IMG/VR virus record: IMGVR_UViG_3300033153_006068
Span: 1 to 48,511 of that record
DNA: 48,511 nt
From: a virus
Taxonomy: Duplodnaviria; Caudoviricetes
Direction: 5' to 3' (one strand)
A program made the translations under genes and the position numbers. The stretch's first letter is position 1. The number at the start of each line of letters is the position of its first letter. Shown one piece after another: positions 29,388 to 38,154 of the stretch. Below the pieces are notes generated by a model. The model was not told the DNA's origin. It did not search any database and worked only from the letters and a program-made list of their open reading frames with translations.

Positions 29388-30112
29388 AACGTGATCTCCT
29401 CTTCGCCTTCAGGTTTTTGCTTGGGTGCCGCCTTCTTCTTTGGTGCGGCCTTCTTCGCTGGGGCTTTCTTCTCCTCTGCGCGTTTAGCATCAGCTGCCTT
29501 CTTCTTCAGCCGCTTCATCGCATTGTCGAAGTAGGTGTTGGCCAGCTCAGAGATATCCTTCAGCTTGTAGACCTTGGTAGCCAGAGCCTTCAGGGTCTCC
29601 TTGTCTGGCATCCCCAGTTCGGTGCAATACTTCTCCAGCTCGATAACCTGATCCTCAGAGATGGGTGCCACGTTACCCTCAACGCGTTCCTCGTCATTCT
29701 CTCCAGTCTCCAGACAGAACACCTTAAGATAGGCGTTTTTCATGGCGTAAGAGAGAGCCTTACCAGCGGCTTTATCGCTCATGTCGTTGGCGTGAGCAGA
29801 TACCCGTGCGGTGATTTTATCAGCCATGCTATCAACGCCGTAGAAATGGATGTCATAGATGCACCGGTTCAGGAAGATAATGTTGCCATTACTGGTAAGC
29901 ATGCCGGACGGCTCCATAGATTCGCTTACCAGCGACGGCACGGCAATAAGCCCGTGATTAGCCATCGCCGCATGAACCTTCTTGGTCACCTCATCATGGG
30001 TCACCGCCATATACTTACCGCCCATGTTAACGCTGGCGGTTTTACGGACGAACTTCACATCCTTCATCACAGCATTGATGCGCTGTAACACATTTAATTT
30101 GGCTGTAGACAT
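29384..30112 (-). CDS. ERF-family single-strand annealing protein
   Basis: DKAAGKALSYAMKNAYLKVFCLETGENDE motif; context with exonuclease and SSB. Confidence 0.85.
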   Translation of the reverse strand: MSTAKLNVLQRINAVMKDVKFVRKTASVNMGGKYMAVTHDEVTKKVHAAMANHGLIAVPSLVSESMEPSGMLTSNGNIIFLNRCIYDIHFYGVDSMADKITARVSAHANDMSDKAAGKALSYAMKNAYLKVFCLETGENDEERVEGNVAPISEDQVIELEKYCTELGMPDKETLKALATKVYKLKDISELANTYFDNAMKRLKKKAADAKRAEEKKAPAKKAAPKKKAAPKQKPEGEEEITL

Positions 30113-30528
30113 TACCCTTCTCCCTCTGCTGGTGTTTCAAGTAATTCGAGCGCACCGATAGCTTGGCGCATTAAACCTTCAATCTCACACTGGCCCTTCT
30201 TGCTGCAGGTATCACAATCATGACCGGTGGTGACCTCCTCTAGCATCCTGTGTGTCGCGGTACCAAAGTCGAGGGCTTCGCTCACGTTGTGTAGACGCTC
30301 AATCGCCAACTTCTTTTGCTCGGCCAATATCTCTGGGTTATGCTCCGCAACCTCTACAGCAAAGGCATGAATGAACTTGGAGAACTGCTTCAAGTCCTCT
30401 ACGTCCTCGGCGTACATCGGCTCACCATCCTCGCGCTTACCCAGCTGCACATAGGCCGGGGGCGCTAAGCTCATGAGGGCATCGACCACCACCTTTGGCA
30501 GGGCAATACTTATCACTTCGTCTGACAC
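30112..30528 (-). CDS. Hypothetical protein
   Basis: 138-aa ORF with CxxC-x4-C; tiles operon. Confidence 0.6.
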   Translation of the reverse strand: MSDEVISIALPKVVVDALMSLAPPAYVQLGKREDGEPMYAEDVEDLKQFSKFIHAFAVEVAEHNPEILAEQKKLAIERLHNVSEALDFGTATHRMLEEVTTGHDCDTCSKKGQCEIEGLMRQAIGALELLETPAEGEG

Positions 30529-31154
30529 GGATGGTCTCCCAGTACAGAATCAATGGTCTCTCTGATTAAGCATAGGGCCGCACGGTAGTCGTCGTTCTGG
30601 GCCTGCATCTGGACGATAGCGTCAGCGATATTGACCGGAGCCAGTGGTGCCGGCTTCTTCGCTCTCACCGCCCTACGGTTCTTGTTTGGGCGATAGCCAT
30701 TAATGTCTTCCAGCACCTCATAGCTGCCGTCGTCTGTCACAGCGACATACCCTGAGTGCTTCAGGTCGTGCATCATCGGGATAACCTCATCGATACCCAC
30801 GCCGGTAACACTCACTATGGTATCGACGGTAAACTCGTTGCCAATATTTTTCTTCAGGAATTCAGCCACCGTGTGGCGCGAAGAATTTAATTGCTTGTCC
30901 ATGATTTTCACCTCTGTTTTCTCTGCTAATGGCAGCTCAAGATTACGACTGCGTGTGTACTGGAATCGACCACCCGCCTTCTGACGAAAGACCACGCCGT
31001 TATCGAATAACAGCTTCAGTCGTGCGGAGGACACGTTCTCCTCAATATCCATGGCGATAGCCACCTCTGCGCTGTCCATGAAGTTATCGTAAGGGATGAC
31101 ATCGAGTGTCTGATGTATGACCCCATCCGTAGTAAATTGCATTTCTGTACCCAT
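30513..31154 (-). CDS. Putative tandem winged-helix DNA-binding protein
   Basis: GGAG RBS before ATG 31154; two wHTH-like segments (SAEVAIAMDI..VSSARLKLLFDNGVV; TVDTIVSVTGV..VIPMMHDLKHSGYV). Confidence 0.5.
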   Translation of the reverse strand: MGTEMQFTTDGVIHQTLDVIPYDNFMDSAEVAIAMDIEENVSSARLKLLFDNGVVFRQKAGGRFQYTRSRNLELPLAEKTEVKIMDKQLNSSRHTVAEFLKKNIGNEFTVDTIVSVTGVGIDEVIPMMHDLKHSGYVAVTDDGSYEVLEDINGYRPNKNRRAVRAKKPAPLAPVNIADAIVQMQAQNDDYRAALCLIRETIDSVLGDHPCQTK

Positions 31155-31168
31155 GATATTCTCCGAAT

Positions 31169-31196
31169 AAAAAAGGGGCGACCGTACCGCCGCCCC
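31169..31196 (-). terminator. Intrinsic terminator after DUF932 gene
   Basis: GGGGCG-N10-CGCCCC followed by T6 on the minus strand. Confidence 0.75.
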
Positions 31197-31206
31197 AAAA
31201 GGGAAA

Positions 31207-32295
31207 CTAAGCTGCCTCAGCAATAGTGGCCCACTGGCTGGCACTCAGGTCGAGTACCTTGCCGCCCAGCTGCTCCAGCTCCACCGCACGGTCGTATGAC
31301 TCATGCTCGTTGGCTAAACGGGTAACCGCGTTCAGCATGCCCCACTGGCTGTAGTCGCTCACCCCGTTATCACCACGCATCAGGTTCTCAAGGATGCTCT
31401 CCTGTTCGACCTGACCAATATTGAAGGCCTTACCCAGCTCCTCAATAGCGCGTACCGGACGGACAACCTGCGGCCCCTCGGTGGTGGCTCGCATCTGCTC
31501 CATGAGCTTCGTGAACAGAGCGGGGTCGCTCAGGTTCTTGATGCTGTCGCGAATCTTCAGCATCAGCGCATGGTCGTCAGCCTTAAGGGTCTCATCCGAG
31601 TAGATGGTGTAGTCCTCGCCACCCTCGACCTTGCGACCGATGTGGTTCTTGCGAAGACGACCATCAGCCAAGGTGGTGCCGGTGACCATACCGTTGGTAC
31701 AAATCAGACGGTAAATCATCGGGCGGATATCCAAGGCACCCATACCAATCTCGGAGTTGGTGATGATGAGACCAGCCTGCACAGGGTCACCCACCTTCAC
31801 CGCTCCCTCCAGCTTGGGGAAGCGAGCCTGAATATAGAGGCGGCTCTCGGTCACCTCGGATGAGAGAATCTCAATCTCATCGCTCTCCATCAGGGCAGGC
31901 AGTGCAGCCTGTGCAATCTGCTCATTGTCCACACGACGATAGCGGTCACTCAGGAAGGCGCGAGCTACACCGCCACCAAAGTCGTCCATGGTGCGAATCA
32001 TGCGGCGCTCAGGCTCCTTATTGAACAGAGTCTGGACGTTATCCACCAACAACTCGGGCTGGTCAGTACGCAGACGGTCGTAATACTTTTTCGGGATGCC
32101 CAGACGCGCACTCAGCTGTGAGTGAGCATGGTCGGTGATGAGCTTCTCACCTTGGTCAGGGATAGTCAGGGCGAAGTCGCGGTTACCCTCATGCTGGAAT
32201 TCCAGCTCACGGGTATCGACAACGAAGTCGCGCTTCTTATCCATCTTGTCCTGCAGATCCTGCGCCAGTTCAACAATGCTTTTGCCGTTAATCAT
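31207..32295 (-). CDS. DUF932/DUF945-family phage protein
   Basis: ARAFLSDRYRRVDN, GLIITNSEIGMG, YRLICTNGM, WGMLNAVT. Confidence 0.85.
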   Translation of the reverse strand: MINGKSIVELAQDLQDKMDKKRDFVVDTRELEFQHEGNRDFALTIPDQGEKLITDHAHSQLSARLGIPKKYYDRLRTDQPELLVDNVQTLFNKEPERRMIRTMDDFGGGVARAFLSDRYRRVDNEQIAQAALPALMESDEIEILSSEVTESRLYIQARFPKLEGAVKVGDPVQAGLIITNSEIGMGALDIRPMIYRLICTNGMVTGTTLADGRLRKNHIGRKVEGGEDYTIYSDETLKADDHALMLKIRDSIKNLSDPALFTKLMEQMRATTEGPQVVRPVRAIEELGKAFNIGQVEQESILENLMRGDNGVSDYSQWGMLNAVTRLANEHESYDRAVELEQLGGKVLDLSASQWATIAEAA

Positions 32296-32306
32296 GGTGA
32301 TGCTCC

Positions 32307-32543
32307 TCAGTAAAATTTAACGAGAGTGCTGCGGACATGCTTAGGAAGGGTGACCCTCAGTCCGAGCTTTCGAGCGAGGCTGCATAGCTGGGTGAAGTCG
32401 ATACGCTGGCCACCGTAGAGCAATATTTCAGCATCGGTAACGCTTTTGCGTGACTTGGTCTCATAGACAAGCTCGAAGTCGCCCAGCCTGATCATCTCAA
32501 AGCTGTTCCAAGGAATGGTGCGACGAAGAGTTATTTGTTCCAT
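32307..32543 (-). CDS. Hypothetical protein, first gene of leftward early operon
   Basis: GAGG RBS; downstream of promoter at 32587-32615. Confidence 0.6.
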   Translation of the reverse strand: MEQITLRRTIPWNSFEMIRLGDFELVYETKSRKSVTDAEILLYGGQRIDFTQLCSLARKLGLRVTLPKHVRSTLVKFY

Positions 32544-32586
32544 GAATCGACCTCTGTTGCCATGGGTGCCTCCACCCGATGACTAA

Positions 32587-32615
32587 AGATTAGCACCAAC
32601 CGAAACCGGATGCAA
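32587..32615 (-). promoter_or_regulatory. Sigma70-type leftward promoter with operator-like motif
   Basis: TTGCAT-17-TAATCT with TGn extension; overlaps CGAAACCGGAT (32601-32611). Confidence 0.65.
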
Positions 32616-32682
32616 GGCGAATCAAGACGAAAAGTCAAAATAGTTTGCTTGACCGTTGCTTGATTGCGAAAAACATGGGGTA

Positions 32683-32736
32683 GCTCACCCTGTGAGCCAG
32701 TGAAGCGGTGGTGAGTTGGTAGTGAGTGGCGGTGAG
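32683..32736 (+). repeat. Phased GTGAG repeat array A
   Basis: GCTCAC-CCT-GTGAGC inverted pair, then GTGAG at 32711, 32722, 32732; followed by TATATATAGG. Confidence 0.6.
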
Positions 32737-32829
32737 CGTCTATATATAGGAATTATCCCACGATGTGTAAGGGGTACCCATCGTGGTGGTGCATAAGGTG
32801 TAACAGGTTTCGGATTGCAGACAAAAGAA

Positions 32830-33300
32830 AGCCCCAGAGAGTTATGGTATTTGACACCGCACTCGGCTGGAGCTATCTTGGCGTTTGAGTTAGCCGGTGT
32901 TAGTAGCACCGCGCTGACGATAATGAAGAGACCATTTACATCAGTGGCTAACAAGCCATGCCAGTATTCTACCTCATTACCGTCAGACCGCAACCTGCTG
33001 CACCGGCTCGAACAGGCGCTACCCGTGCCTCCACCATTCTGCCAGTAGATACGGCTTGATCTCCGCATCGGAAACAGAATACCCCTGTGACAAGGTTACT
33101 TGTAAAACGTAAGGGTGGAGATTCACGAAGAGAGCAGGCCTGCCCGAGAGGGGAACGAGAGCGATAAACGCAGCTTCGGCGGATCAGTGGTTGAGACCCA
33201 CATGCACAGGCGACCCCTGTGTGGCTCCAGCATAAATCGACAACTCAACAATTCACGACTATTGAGACACGCTCTCAAGACCTCGCTTCGCTCCCCAGCC
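32830..33300 (+). ncRNA. Candidate large structured RNA or structured leader
   Basis: No convincing ORF; many nested helices (see findings); G-U pairs and UUCG/GAGA tetraloops on the + strand. Confidence 0.45.
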
Positions 33301-33313
33301 AGAGGATGTAGCA

Positions 33314-33502
33314 ATGAAAACCGACACCAGTAAACTCACTGACCGTGGGTACAAAGCCTACACGAGAGGACAACGAGACCGCATTACTGGGGTTGCCAAG
33401 AAGGACAACCCAAACCGCAACGTACCGGCGAAGCTCATCGCTTTGGCTGGGTGGTGGGATAAGGGGTGGCAGGATACTGATGACGAACTGACAGAATCGT
33501 AA
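33314..33502 (+). CDS. RMF (ribosome modulation factor)/CrpP-fold-like small protein
   Basis: GAGG RBS; AYTRG...G.....NP...WWDKGW resembles RMF A..RGY.AG..G.....CPY...W..GW. Confidence 0.5.
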   Translation: MKTDTSKLTDRGYKAYTRGQRDRITGVAKKDNPNRNVPAKLIALAGWWDKGWQDTDDELTES

Positions 33503-33540
33503 AAAGCAATGCTTTACCACTTTCTGTCGAATAATGCAAT

Positions 33541-33569
33541 TTGCAATGAATCCGGTTTCGTGCTACAAT
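33541..33569 (+). promoter_or_regulatory. Sigma70-type rightward promoter with operator-like motif
   Basis: TTGCAA-17-TACAAT with TGn; spacer holds GAATCCGGTTTCG. Confidence 0.75.
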
Positions 33570-33598
33570 GGGGGCTACACAACAGGGGAGATATGGAC

Positions 33599-33862
33599 AT
33601 GAAAGTCATCAAGTATCACGGCCTAAACGGCACCCACACTGGATTACAGTTGGACTACGATAGTAAGAAGTTCATCAAGATTCTGGTGATAGATGCAGCC
33701 GGACTCAAGGTGAAAAAGTTACCAGTTACCGAGCAGCGTTATGTCAAAGAGCTGGTCGATTACGGGGTACCACGGGCCAAGCGACACCTGCGACACTTCG
33801 CCAAAGCGATGCACGGCGGCCTGCGCGGGGTGAGTAAAGAGGTGAGGGAGGTAATCCGATGA
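33599..33862 (+). CDS. Hypothetical protein
   Basis: GGGGAG RBS; ATG 33599 (or 33593) downstream of the promoter. Confidence 0.65.
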   Translation: MKVIKYHGLNGTHTGLQLDYDSKKFIKILVIDAAGLKVKKLPVTEQRYVKELVDYGVPRAKRHLRHFAKAMHGGLRGVSKEVREVIR

Positions 33863-34083
33863 GTGTGCCAGAGATGAAGTCTGTAATTCGATGGTTTGAA
33901 AGGGAAATAAAACCAAGTGATGTGGTGGTTATTCGGGTAAAAGATACCGACTCTTTTGCGTTGGCGCAGTACCTACATAGCACCCATGAGTGGCATATTT
34001 TTGGCGCTTACGGGGCTGATATTGAGGTTGAGGAATGGTGGCCACTATCAGAGCGCGGTACTGGAAACCAATGCAGTGACTGA
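33859..34083 (+). CDS. Hypothetical protein
   Basis: ATGA overlap, GGAGG RBS. Confidence 0.6.
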   Translation: MSVPEMKSVIRWFEREIKPSDVVVIRVKDTDSFALAQYLHSTHEWHIFGAYGADIEVEEWWPLSERGTGNQCSD

Positions 34084-34309
34084 CCGCAACCTCACAAAGG
34101 GCCAGAGAAAATCTATCAGACGAAAGCTGTTTTCGTGGAACCCACACTGTCACTGGTGCGGCGAGCTAATGCTCTTAACCGCAGAACCACAGCCAGACGG
34201 GAAACCACACCCACTCTTTCCGACGATAGAACACCTCACTCCGCTCGCAGACGGAGGTACTGATGATCCAGAAAATCTGTACCTCGCACATCACAAATGC
34301 AATAGGTGA
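34076..34309 (+). CDS. Small HNH endonuclease
   Basis: CHWCG...TIEHLTPLADGGTDDPENLYLAHHKCN. Confidence 0.85.
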   Translation: MTDRNLTKGQRKSIRRKLFSWNPHCHWCGELMLLTAEPQPDGKPHPLFPTIEHLTPLADGGTDDPENLYLAHHKCNR

Positions 34310-34313
34310 AATT

Positions 34314-34472
34314 ATGGAAACCAAGACACCGAGAGAATTAGCTAACGAGCTTAAAAAGACGATGCAGTGTAATTGTGACTTAGATAACTGGGAACCTGAA
34401 AGGGATACCGGTCACTCATGGGTATGCAGGATTCACAAAGAGGTTAAGAGGATGCTTCGCAGCGACAGCTAA
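34314..34472 (+). CDS. Hypothetical protein
   Basis: AGGTG RBS; METKTPRELA...CNCD...CRIH. Confidence 0.5.
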   Translation: METKTPRELANELKKTMQCNCDLDNWEPERDTGHSWVCRIHKEVKRMLRSDS

Positions 34473-34497
34473 GGCGCTCCGGCCACAAACTCAATAG

Positions 34498-34833
34498 GTG
34501 AATATTATGAACTTGTTAAAAAAATTCTTCGGTAAGGCGTTAGGTAAGTACGATGCCGGTGTCGATGTTGAATACCCCGCTGAGCAACTCCTCGATGGGA
34601 AGGCTATTGCTATTCAACGCACAGCACTAGGCAGGACTTATCATGTGCAGGATGGCGATATATTTCGCTGCCAAGTTAAAGATGAAAATGGACTCTTTCC
34701 CGATGTCGAGATTGACAGGAGAATCAAGGAGCGCATGAAAATAGACACCATCACCACGTTCTACATCCAAGACGCCCTTGGTTACAAGAACGCAATCTGT
34801 GCTGCATTTGGTGAAGCGTCAGATGACAGTTAA
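34498..34833 (+). CDS. Hypothetical protein
   Basis: 111-aa ORF tiling the operon. Confidence 0.6.
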   Translation: MNIMNLLKKFFGKALGKYDAGVDVEYPAEQLLDGKAIAIQRTALGRTYHVQDGDIFRCQVKDENGLFPDVEIDRRIKERMKIDTITTFYIQDALGYKNAICAAFGEASDDS

Positions 34834-36343
34834 GACGCTGCGCCCATATCAGCAACGAGCCTTCGATGAGTTAAGGAAGGCAGTCGCTGATGGTCACAAG
34901 CGAATCCTACTGGTGATACCCACTGGTGGCGGTAAGTCGGTCGTCTTCTCCAAGGTGATCAGTAGCGCCAACGATAAGGGCAATCCGGTCGTCTTTCTGG
35001 TGCATAAAAGAGAATTGGTGCATCAGGCCTCTGGTCACCTCGAAAACGAACAGGTGCACCACGCCATCATCATGGCCGGGGAGCCACAGAACCAGATGGC
35101 CAGCAATCAGATCTGCTCGAAGGACACTCTCTACTCACGCATCAAGAACGGGAAGATGAAGCCGCCCCGGGCAAAGCTCATGGTTATCGATGAGGCTCAC
35201 CGTACCGGCTCATCTACCTACAATCACATCCTTGATGCTGAGGAGTACGAGAACACCATCATCATTGGCGTGACTGCCACCCCTACACGCAAGACCGGTC
35301 GAGGCCTTGCCGATCAGTGGGATAAGATGATTGTGGTCACTACTGTGGCTGAGCTACAGGAGATGGGGTTCCTCTGCCAAACCCGCTACATGGTACCGGC
35401 CATCCCAGACCTGAGCGGGGTCAGCTCCAGTAATGGCGACTACGTCGATGAGCAGCTGCAGAAAATCATGGACGACAAGACCCTCATCGGGAATATCGTT
35501 GACCACTGGCTGAAGTATGCAGGCTGGCGGCAGACCATCGTCTTCGCCTCTGGCGTGGGACACAGTAAGCACCTGAGAGACCACTTCACCATGCACGGAG
35601 TGGTAGCGGCTCACATTGATGCCCATACCGAGCAGGGGGAGCGTGACCAGATTCATGACGACTTCGCAGCTGGAAAGATTACCGTGCTGTGTAATGTCGG
35701 GATTTATACCGAGGGGGTCGATATGCCGAACGTAGGCTGTATCGTGCTGGCCAAGCCTACCAAGTCCATCGTTTACCATCTGCAGGCCGGTGGACGCGGT
35801 CTCAGGCTTAAGGAGGACGGCTCAGACTGCCTCATTATTGACCATGCTGGCAATGTGCTGCGCCTCGGCCCGATGGAGATGGATCATGAGTGGTCACTGG
35901 AGGATGAGAAAACCGTCTACGAGCGCGATGGTGAGCGACAGGCCTCGGAGGATGAGAAGGAACACAAAGAGACTGAGTACATCTGTGGTAAGTGCGGAAA
36001 TATTTTTATCTCCCAGCCGACCTGTCCGACCTGTGGTGAGCCTATTGTGCAGACCGGCAAGAAGCTGGAGGTGGCTCAGGGTGAGCTGACACTCTACAAA
36101 CCAAAGAAGGCACCGAAGCAGCCGGCCAGCAAGCTGGAGAAGCAGCGGTTCTGGTCGATGCTGTTGTGGCGAGCCGAGAAGAAGAGTTACCAGAGGGGCT
36201 GGGCCAGTCACAAATACAAAGAGAAGTTCGGGGTCTGGCCGAAGGGTATGGTGGATGAGAGGCTGCCACCCGACTTCGAGTTCGATAAATATATCAAGTA
36301 CCTGAATATCAAAGCCGCCAAGTCGCGGCAGGCGAGGGCATAA
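34823..36343 (+). CDS. Superfamily 2 DEAH helicase (RadD/YejH-like) with Zn finger
   Basis: LRPYQ, PTGGGKS, DEAH, TATP, EGVDMP, QAGGRGLR, CGKC..CPTC. Confidence 0.93.
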   Translation: MTVKTLRPYQQRAFDELRKAVADGHKRILLVIPTGGGKSVVFSKVISSANDKGNPVVFLVHKRELVHQASGHLENEQVHHAIIMAGEPQNQMASNQICSKDTLYSRIKNGKMKPPRAKLMVIDEAHRTGSSTYNHILDAEEYENTIIIGVTATPTRKTGRGLADQWDKMIVVTTVAELQEMGFLCQTRYMVPAIPDLSGVSSSNGDYVDEQLQKIMDDKTLIGNIVDHWLKYAGWRQTIVFASGVGHSKHLRDHFTMHGVVAAHIDAHTEQGERDQIHDDFAAGKITVLCNVGIYTEGVDMPNVGCIVLAKPTKSIVYHLQAGGRGLRLKEDGSDCLIIDHAGNVLRLGPMEMDHEWSLEDEKTVYERDGERQASEDEKEHKETEYICGKCGNIFISQPTCPTCGEPIVQTGKKLEVAQGELTLYKPKKAPKQPASKLEKQRFWSMLLWRAEKKSYQRGWASHKYKEKFGVWPKGMVDERLPPDFEFDKYIKYLNIKAAKSRQARA

Positions 36344-36519
36344 TGAGTGATAAATCATACATGGCAAAAGAGGACGCTAGAGGTGTGTTGCGGGATGCGT
36401 TAGAGGGATATAAAAAATCAGCAGAAGCTGACGGTATGCTCCCAGAGGATATGGTTCGTGAGCTTGATGACACGATGGCCGATGCTGGGTTCGATGATAT
36501 TGAGGTGAAGATGGTATGA
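36343..36519 (+). CDS. Hypothetical 58-aa acidic protein (not in ORF track)
   Basis: TAATG and ATGA overlaps on both sides; MSDKSYMAKEDARGVLRDALEG... Confidence 0.6.
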   Translation: MSDKSYMAKEDARGVLRDALEGYKKSAEADGMLPEDMVRELDDTMADAGFDDIEVKMV

Positions 36520-36992
36520 CCGAGTTAATTGATAGAATCGAGGAGAAGATTGAGCGCATCACCGAGTCTGGGTGCTGGATTTGGATGGCAGGAAGAAGGC
36601 GCAGAGGATACGGAGCTGTCAGTGTTAATGCCGGATTTAAGCAAAACAGAACATTGCCAGCTCACAGGGTTGTGTGGGAGCTTTATAACAATAAAAAAAT
36701 ACCAGCAGGCATGTGTGCATGCCATACCTGTGACATCCCTGAGTGTGTTAATCCACATCATATTTTCATTGGTACAAAAGGAGATAATACGGCAGATATG
36801 ATTAGAAAAAAAAGAGGTATCTGGGTGGGAGGTGAGGCGCATTATGCAACAAATCTATCTAGTGAGAACGTGCAAGATATTAGAGTCAGATACGCAGCTG
36901 GAGGAATTCTTCAAAGAGAGCTGGCAGCTGAGTATGGACTGGATCAGTCGGCAATATCAGATATCGTGAGAGGTGAGTCGTGGGCAACGTAG
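36516..36992 (+). CDS. HNH homing-type endonuclease with C-terminal HTH
   Basis: GCWIW, GYG, AHRVVWEL, CHTCDIPECVNPHH...DN, QRELAAEYGLDQSAISDI; visibly AT-rich. Confidence 0.88.
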   Translation: MTELIDRIEEKIERITESGCWIWMAGRRRRGYGAVSVNAGFKQNRTLPAHRVVWELYNNKKIPAGMCACHTCDIPECVNPHHIFIGTKGDNTADMIRKKRGIWVGGEAHYATNLSSENVQDIRVRYAAGGILQRELAAEYGLDQSAISDIVRGESWAT

Positions 36993-37891
36993 CAGAGGAA
37001 GCGAAGGGCCACTGGGATGGCATACTGCGAGAGCTGGGAGTAGACGATGAAATTCTTAACGGCAAACACCACGGCTGTCCAATGTGTGGCGGCACAGATC
37101 GCTTCCGATTTGATAACAAAGAAGGAAGAGGGGACTACATCTGTGGCCAATGCGGCGCAGGTGATGGCCTTAAGTTATTGCAGGGCATTTTTGACTGGGA
37201 CTTCGCTACTGCAGCTAAAGAAGTCGAAGCTGTCCTTGGTGTCACTCCAGAGGATAAACCCAGACCAAAGGCCGACCACACCGCAAGACTAAAGCGCATC
37301 CAGTCAGAACTGGTTGACGCCGGAGCTGCCACACCGGTCGGGGAGTACCTAAAGGGTCGCGGCCTCACCGGCATGAGTAAGTACCTGAAGCTCAATCCGC
37401 AAATGAGGTACTACCATGGTAAGGATGATTACACCGAGTACCCGGCCATGGTCGCTAAGGTGGTTGATAACGACGGGAAACCTGTCGCCTTTCACGTTAC
37501 CTACATCAAGGATGGAGAGAAGGCTCCCGAGTCGTCACCCAAGAAGGTGATCGGGGAGCTGGGCGAGAACGGGTACGCAGTGAGACTCTACAGGCCGAAT
37601 CAGCACCTTGGCGTGGCTGAGGGCATAGAGACCGCTATTGCTGCCAAGTTATTCTTCGACACTCCTACATGGGCGGTATTGAATACCAATGGCATGAAGG
37701 ATTTTAGGCCACCGGAGGGTATCACCAAGGTGACTATCTTCGCCGATAATGATAGTAACTTTGCAGGACAGGCGGCAGCTTACGCGCTGGCCCAGAAGTT
37801 GGTGATACTCAAATACAGGGTGCTGGTGCTGGTGCCAAAGGAGCCTGATACAGACTTCTTAGACGTACTGGTGGAGTATAATCAGACTTGA
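36980..37891 (+). CDS. DNA primase (P4-alpha-type Zn ribbon + TOPRIM)
   Basis: HHGCPMCGGTDRFRFD...CGQCGAGDG; VAEGIETA; IFADND; DFLD. Confidence 0.92.
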   Translation: MGNVAEEAKGHWDGILRELGVDDEILNGKHHGCPMCGGTDRFRFDNKEGRGDYICGQCGAGDGLKLLQGIFDWDFATAAKEVEAVLGVTPEDKPRPKADHTARLKRIQSELVDAGAATPVGEYLKGRGLTGMSKYLKLNPQMRYYHGKDDYTEYPAMVAKVVDNDGKPVAFHVTYIKDGEKAPESSPKKVIGELGENGYAVRLYRPNQHLGVAEGIETAIAAKLFFDTPTWAVLNTNGMKDFRPPEGITKVTIFADNDSNFAGQAAAYALAQKLVILKYRVLVLVPKEPDTDFLDVLVEYNQT

Positions 37892-37916
37892 CCGAAACCG
37901 GATTCGGTGCTAAGGT
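37888..37916 (+). promoter_or_regulatory. Sigma70-type promoter with operator-like motif
   Basis: TTGACC-17-TAAGGT with TGn; contains ACCGAAACCGGATTCGGT. Confidence 0.65.
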
Positions 37917-37957
37917 TAGCGTACTGATTTTATTCGCTACCAACTGGAGGCGCGACA

Positions 37958-38152
37958 ATGACACCAGAGCAAAAGAAAGAGATCGACGAAATGCCATACG
38001 AGGAGATGCTCAGGCAGTGGAGGTTTAGCCCTATCGATAGCAGCGGGTTCCAAGGAGAGCGTGGAGCGTACTACGCAAAAGTTATGGGAGAGAAGCGTAC
38101 CAAGGTGGGAGACGCAGCACATGTCGCAGCCAGCAAGCGGATTGGGTGGTAG
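37958..38152 (+). CDS. Hypothetical protein
   Basis: GGAGG RBS. Confidence 0.7.
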   Translation: MTPEQKKEIDEMPYEEMLRQWRFSPIDSSGFQGERGAYYAKVMGEKRTKVGDAAHVAASKRIGW

Positions 38153-38154
38153 AG

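Noticed and set aside
32685-33333. Short ORFs on both strands in the control region (32685..33068, 32815..33048, 33115..33333, 33123..33314)
   Set aside because: No clear RBS, atypical composition, mutually overlapping; better explained as non-coding structured sequence
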